From: Squalus acanthias
Taxonomy: Eukaryota
Length of the DNA stretch: 64,000 bases
NCBI GenBank assembly: GCA_030390025.1
Contig: CM059449.1
Span: 1,488,001-1,552,000, forward strand
Reading direction: 5' to 3'
The stretch's first letter is position 1; each line of letters begins with the position of its first letter. Of this stretch, positions 60,541 to 64,000 are shown in pieces. Made by a program: the position numbers and the translations under genes. The notes under the pieces are model-generated. The model was given only the letters and a program-made list of their open reading frames with translations. It was not told where the DNA came from and made no database searches.

Positions 60541-61556
60541 TTGTTTCTTGGATCTTCCTGTGGTGCCGGGTATATTTTTGGGTCTTTACCCTGTTTAATC
60601 TAGATTTTTTTGGCTCCTGTAATTTTAAATCATTTCCATGGGTGAGTTGTGACTCCCTATGTTTATGATTCTTCACTTTCCTCGCTTTCTCAATAACCTT
60701 TAACACGCCAAGCATAACAAACAGAACAATCTTTCTGTCAGTAGGTTAGCTATTGGAAATTATCTTTTGCTTTCGCAAGATTTTTCTCTAGCCTTGGAGA
60801 GACTAGCACATCATCAGACCTAGTTTTAGGTTTGAACTATTAAGCAAATTTATTAATAAGTAAGCGAATACATAAACAGATAAATATACATATCTATGCA
60901 GCTGAAATTCTATTAGCTTGTCTAAAGGAAAATTAATTAAACCACATTAAGCAAATATATACCTGTGTATTACACACAGATTAACAGTAAAAATCTATCA
61001 TCCAGATCCTCAAAAGTGAAACAATACAATAGTTTTCTTTCTGGCAGAGCTTGCCAGACTACTCATTCTGTCTTGTTGAACTGATCCTGTACAGACCTGA
61101 TACTTATACCTTTCCTGGTTTTGTTTTCATGATTTGCTCTCCTGGTCCCAATAACTGCTGCCAATAGTGGGCCAGAACAGACTCTTCTCCTCAACTTAGT
61201 CCTGGTTGAATGTTCACAGCAGATATATGGTGAAAACTCAGTGATCAGCTCAGCATTGTCTCGAATGGTTGACTGTCCACAAGCTTGTATGTAAATTGGT
61301 TACCGTTGCAGCATTATTATTATCCTGTTGTATTTAGTGTGATGTGGATTTTATTTTATGTCCTATTGGGAACAATTCAGAAAATAAAGTTTCATTTAAT
61401 ACAAAACCCAGTGTGTTGCCCTGAGTGTGCAGATACCTGCTTTTGTCCACGTGTCTGTGTGTCGGTGAATGAAATGCCTCCAGGCAGCATTGAGATGTCC
61501 AAAATACTAACCCATGGGGGATACAATTTCAATGAGCTGTCCAGGCATGAAACTGG

Positions 61557-62298
61557 TGTTGGGGTATTTTAAACCAACACTCGACAAGGTTTTCAGATCG
61601 ATAGTCAAGTTGTCTTTATTACACCGGTGGGGAGACAATCTGCTCTGTCTTTAACCAGACTTCTCCAAATTGTTACAGCAAACACTACATTAAAATACAC
61701 GACAGGCTCATTCACAATTCATTCCTGCAACCTGATAGGATATATATCCTAAGGTAAACATGTGTAAGCTGCCTCCACAATTATTCACTCAAACTGCTGA
61801 ACGCTGCTTAAAAGATACCTTGGAATGTGACCCAGATAATAAAGTTCTTATGGGCAGTTGAAAATCTAGACACCACTTAATTGCTTTTTCGTCTTCAAAG
61901 GTCAGCTATCTTGACCGCCTCTATGGATGTGGCCTGTCATTCTTGCACCAAAATGAGAAGTCGCACAACACCAGGTTATAGTCCAACAATTTTATTTAAA
62001 ATTACGAGCTTTACGCTCCGCTGCTTCTTCAGATATAAATGAGAAGTCGCACAACACCAGGTTATAGTCCAACAGGTAGAGTAGCTGAGAGAATCTCCCA
62101 GAATTCACAATATAAATACAGCAAAAATTTATTCAAATCTTTCCCTACTTCAGATATATACACACATCATAATATACACACACAGAACAATGCGTCTGCA
62201 GAGATACAATCTGTTAGGGAGGCATTACATCAAAGACACATTCTTACACCATTCAGTGAAACTGCCAGCGATCTCTTTTTAACTCTTTCCCCACTTCA
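61557..62298 (-). mobile_element. Solo LTR related to the ERV at 19729
   Basis: TG...CA ends, 4-bp TSD ctgg (61553-61556 and 62299-62302), colinear with both halves of the split LTR. Confidence 0.88.
61951..62238 (-). mobile_element. Penelope family 1 insertion with partial tandem termini, inside the solo LTR
   Basis: atgagaagtcgcacaacaccaggttatagtccaaca occurs twice; 13-bp TSD cattcttRcacca (61938-61950 and 62239-62251). Confidence 0.8.
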
Positions 62299-62419
62299 CT
62301 GGCATTGCAGATCGAAGGCCCATTATAGAACCCGCCCGATTTTCATTTCTATTGAAGAACAGCGGGCTGCCGATTCACAATGCCAGGTTTACACCCGGGC
62401 TACAATGTGAAAATCTACC

Positions 62420-62720
62420 CCATGGTCCAGTACTGAGGGCGTGCTGCACTGTCAGAGGTGCCATCTTTCAGATGAGATGTTTATTTAGAGGCCCATTCTG
62501 CCCTCGCAGGTGGAAGATCCTATGGCACTACTTGAAGAGGGAAAGGCGAATTGTTCCAATTGCCCAGCCAACATTTATCCCTGAACCAACATCACAAAAT
62601 CACAATATCTGGTTATTTATCAGCACATTGCAACAGTGACTACACTTAAAGTACTTCATTGGCTGTGATGCACTTTTGGATGGCATCAGGTCATAAAGGT
62701 ACTGTACAAATGTCAGATCA
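62420..62720 (+). mobile_element. Degenerate Deu-domain SINE body and tail
   Basis: gtactgagggcgtgctgcactgtcagaggtgcc...tttatccctgaaccaacatcac...aagtacttcattggctgt. Confidence 0.75.
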
Positions 62721-63003
62721 TATTTCTCATCTGATGACAAATGATCCCAAACAAATTTGAAAGAAACTTCATAAAAGTCTTTGTAAATACTGTACACCCT
62801 CAATGATGTCACACATACTCATTAAATCTGACTTACTTCAAATGCTTAGCAAAAGTCACTGCTAAACTGTGCCAGTCTCATCACAATTATTAAAATGCTA
62901 TGAGTGTAGTTGGTCAATATTCCAATTTTGTGATCGTTAATAACTGCTTGTAAAAAATGTCTTTTACAATTTGTCTCTTTGTGACTACAGTTTCAATGAG
63001 TAA

Positions 63004-63613
63004 GTAAGGGGGACCCCGAGCTCCCGGTCGCCTGTCACTTTAATTCACCGCTTCACTCCCACTCTGACCTCACCGTCCTCGGCCTATTACACTGTTCCAC
63101 GGAAGCTCAGCGTAAGCTCGAGGAACAGCACCTCATCTTTCGTTTAGGCACGCTACAGCCCTCTGGACTCAATATCGAGTTCAACAATTTTAGATCATAA
63201 CCTCAGCTCCAATCACATTTATATTTTATTTTATCCACCCTTTTATTTGTCCCCCCCACCTTTTTTTTCCTCCTAGAAGCTGGCAGCTGTCCTCCATTCT
63301 GCCAGTGGATTTCACACTTCATTCAGCCTTAATCTGTCACATTAACACCACCTCTAGCCTTGCATATCTCTTAATGTCTCTTAATGTCTCTTCATCTCCT
63401 CCTTTGTTCCTTTATCCCCTCCCCCTTTTCCCAGCTTTACCCTGGCCTTAAATCTATTTGATTTCCAGCTCTTCCCAGTTCTGATGAAAGGTCATCGACC
63501 TGAAACGTCAACTCTCTTTCTCTCTCCACGGATGCTGCCTGGCCTGCTGAGTTTTTCCAGCGTTTTCTGTTGTTATTTCGGATTTCCAGCATCCGCAGTA
63601 TTTTGCTATCGTC
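63004..63613 (+). mobile_element. Penelope family 2 fragment with hammerhead (63477-63513)
   Basis: Nearly identical to 35052-35661; CTGATGA aaggtcatcgacct GAAACGTC. Confidence 0.92.
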
Positions 63614-64000
63614 GAAGTAGCAAAACATGTTATTTACACAGCTCAAAAAACCAAGCATTTGTCATATCAAACAAGAAAAATAAAGCAGATTGATCATTTC
63701 ACTGATTAAACCCAAAGTTCACTGACTCTTGACAGTTTTATTTTTTGACTCGGGGAAGGAGAGAAGAGAGAGAAACATGGATTTGCTAACAGGGCATCTC
63801 GTCCAATTTAAATTGAGGAATAGCCAACTTCAGAACTCCTAACCATCAATCACCAGTTGGCAAATCACTACCCTACCCTGCACCTATGCAGTGCTGAAAT
63901 TTAGTCATGATAGGAGAGAGTGGGCACCACATCAGATGTGTTTTTATGAAATTATTTACATTTTAAACAATGCTGTACAAGGCACAATTTGTCTTGGTGG

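Overview
Repeat-dense vertebrate genomic DNA, most likely a shark. The evidence is HER1/CR1-type LINE tails, Deu-domain tRNA SINEs and Penelope termini typical of cartilaginous fish. Host genes: a minus-strand butyrophilin-like gene (leader, IgV, IgC and TM exons, 2.6-8.0 kb, with one frameshift) and a divergently oriented plus-strand leader exon plus disrupted B30.2 exon (33.3 and 58.4-59.6 kb). The rest is nested mobile DNA: many CR1 LINEs, two Penelope-like (PLE) families carrying minimal hammerhead ribozymes, a decayed endogenous retrovirus with a tRNA-Ser primer site plus a related solo LTR, MITEs, and a 36-bp minisatellite born inside an L2 element. The standout is a head-to-tail pair of 7.1-kb Tx1-clade LINEs, one with both ORFs intact. 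They sit precisely in the hammerhead-bearing terminus of a PLE and are bounded by three copies of a 50-53-bp target sequence, which suggests a site-specific LINE that parasitises Penelope ribozyme termini.
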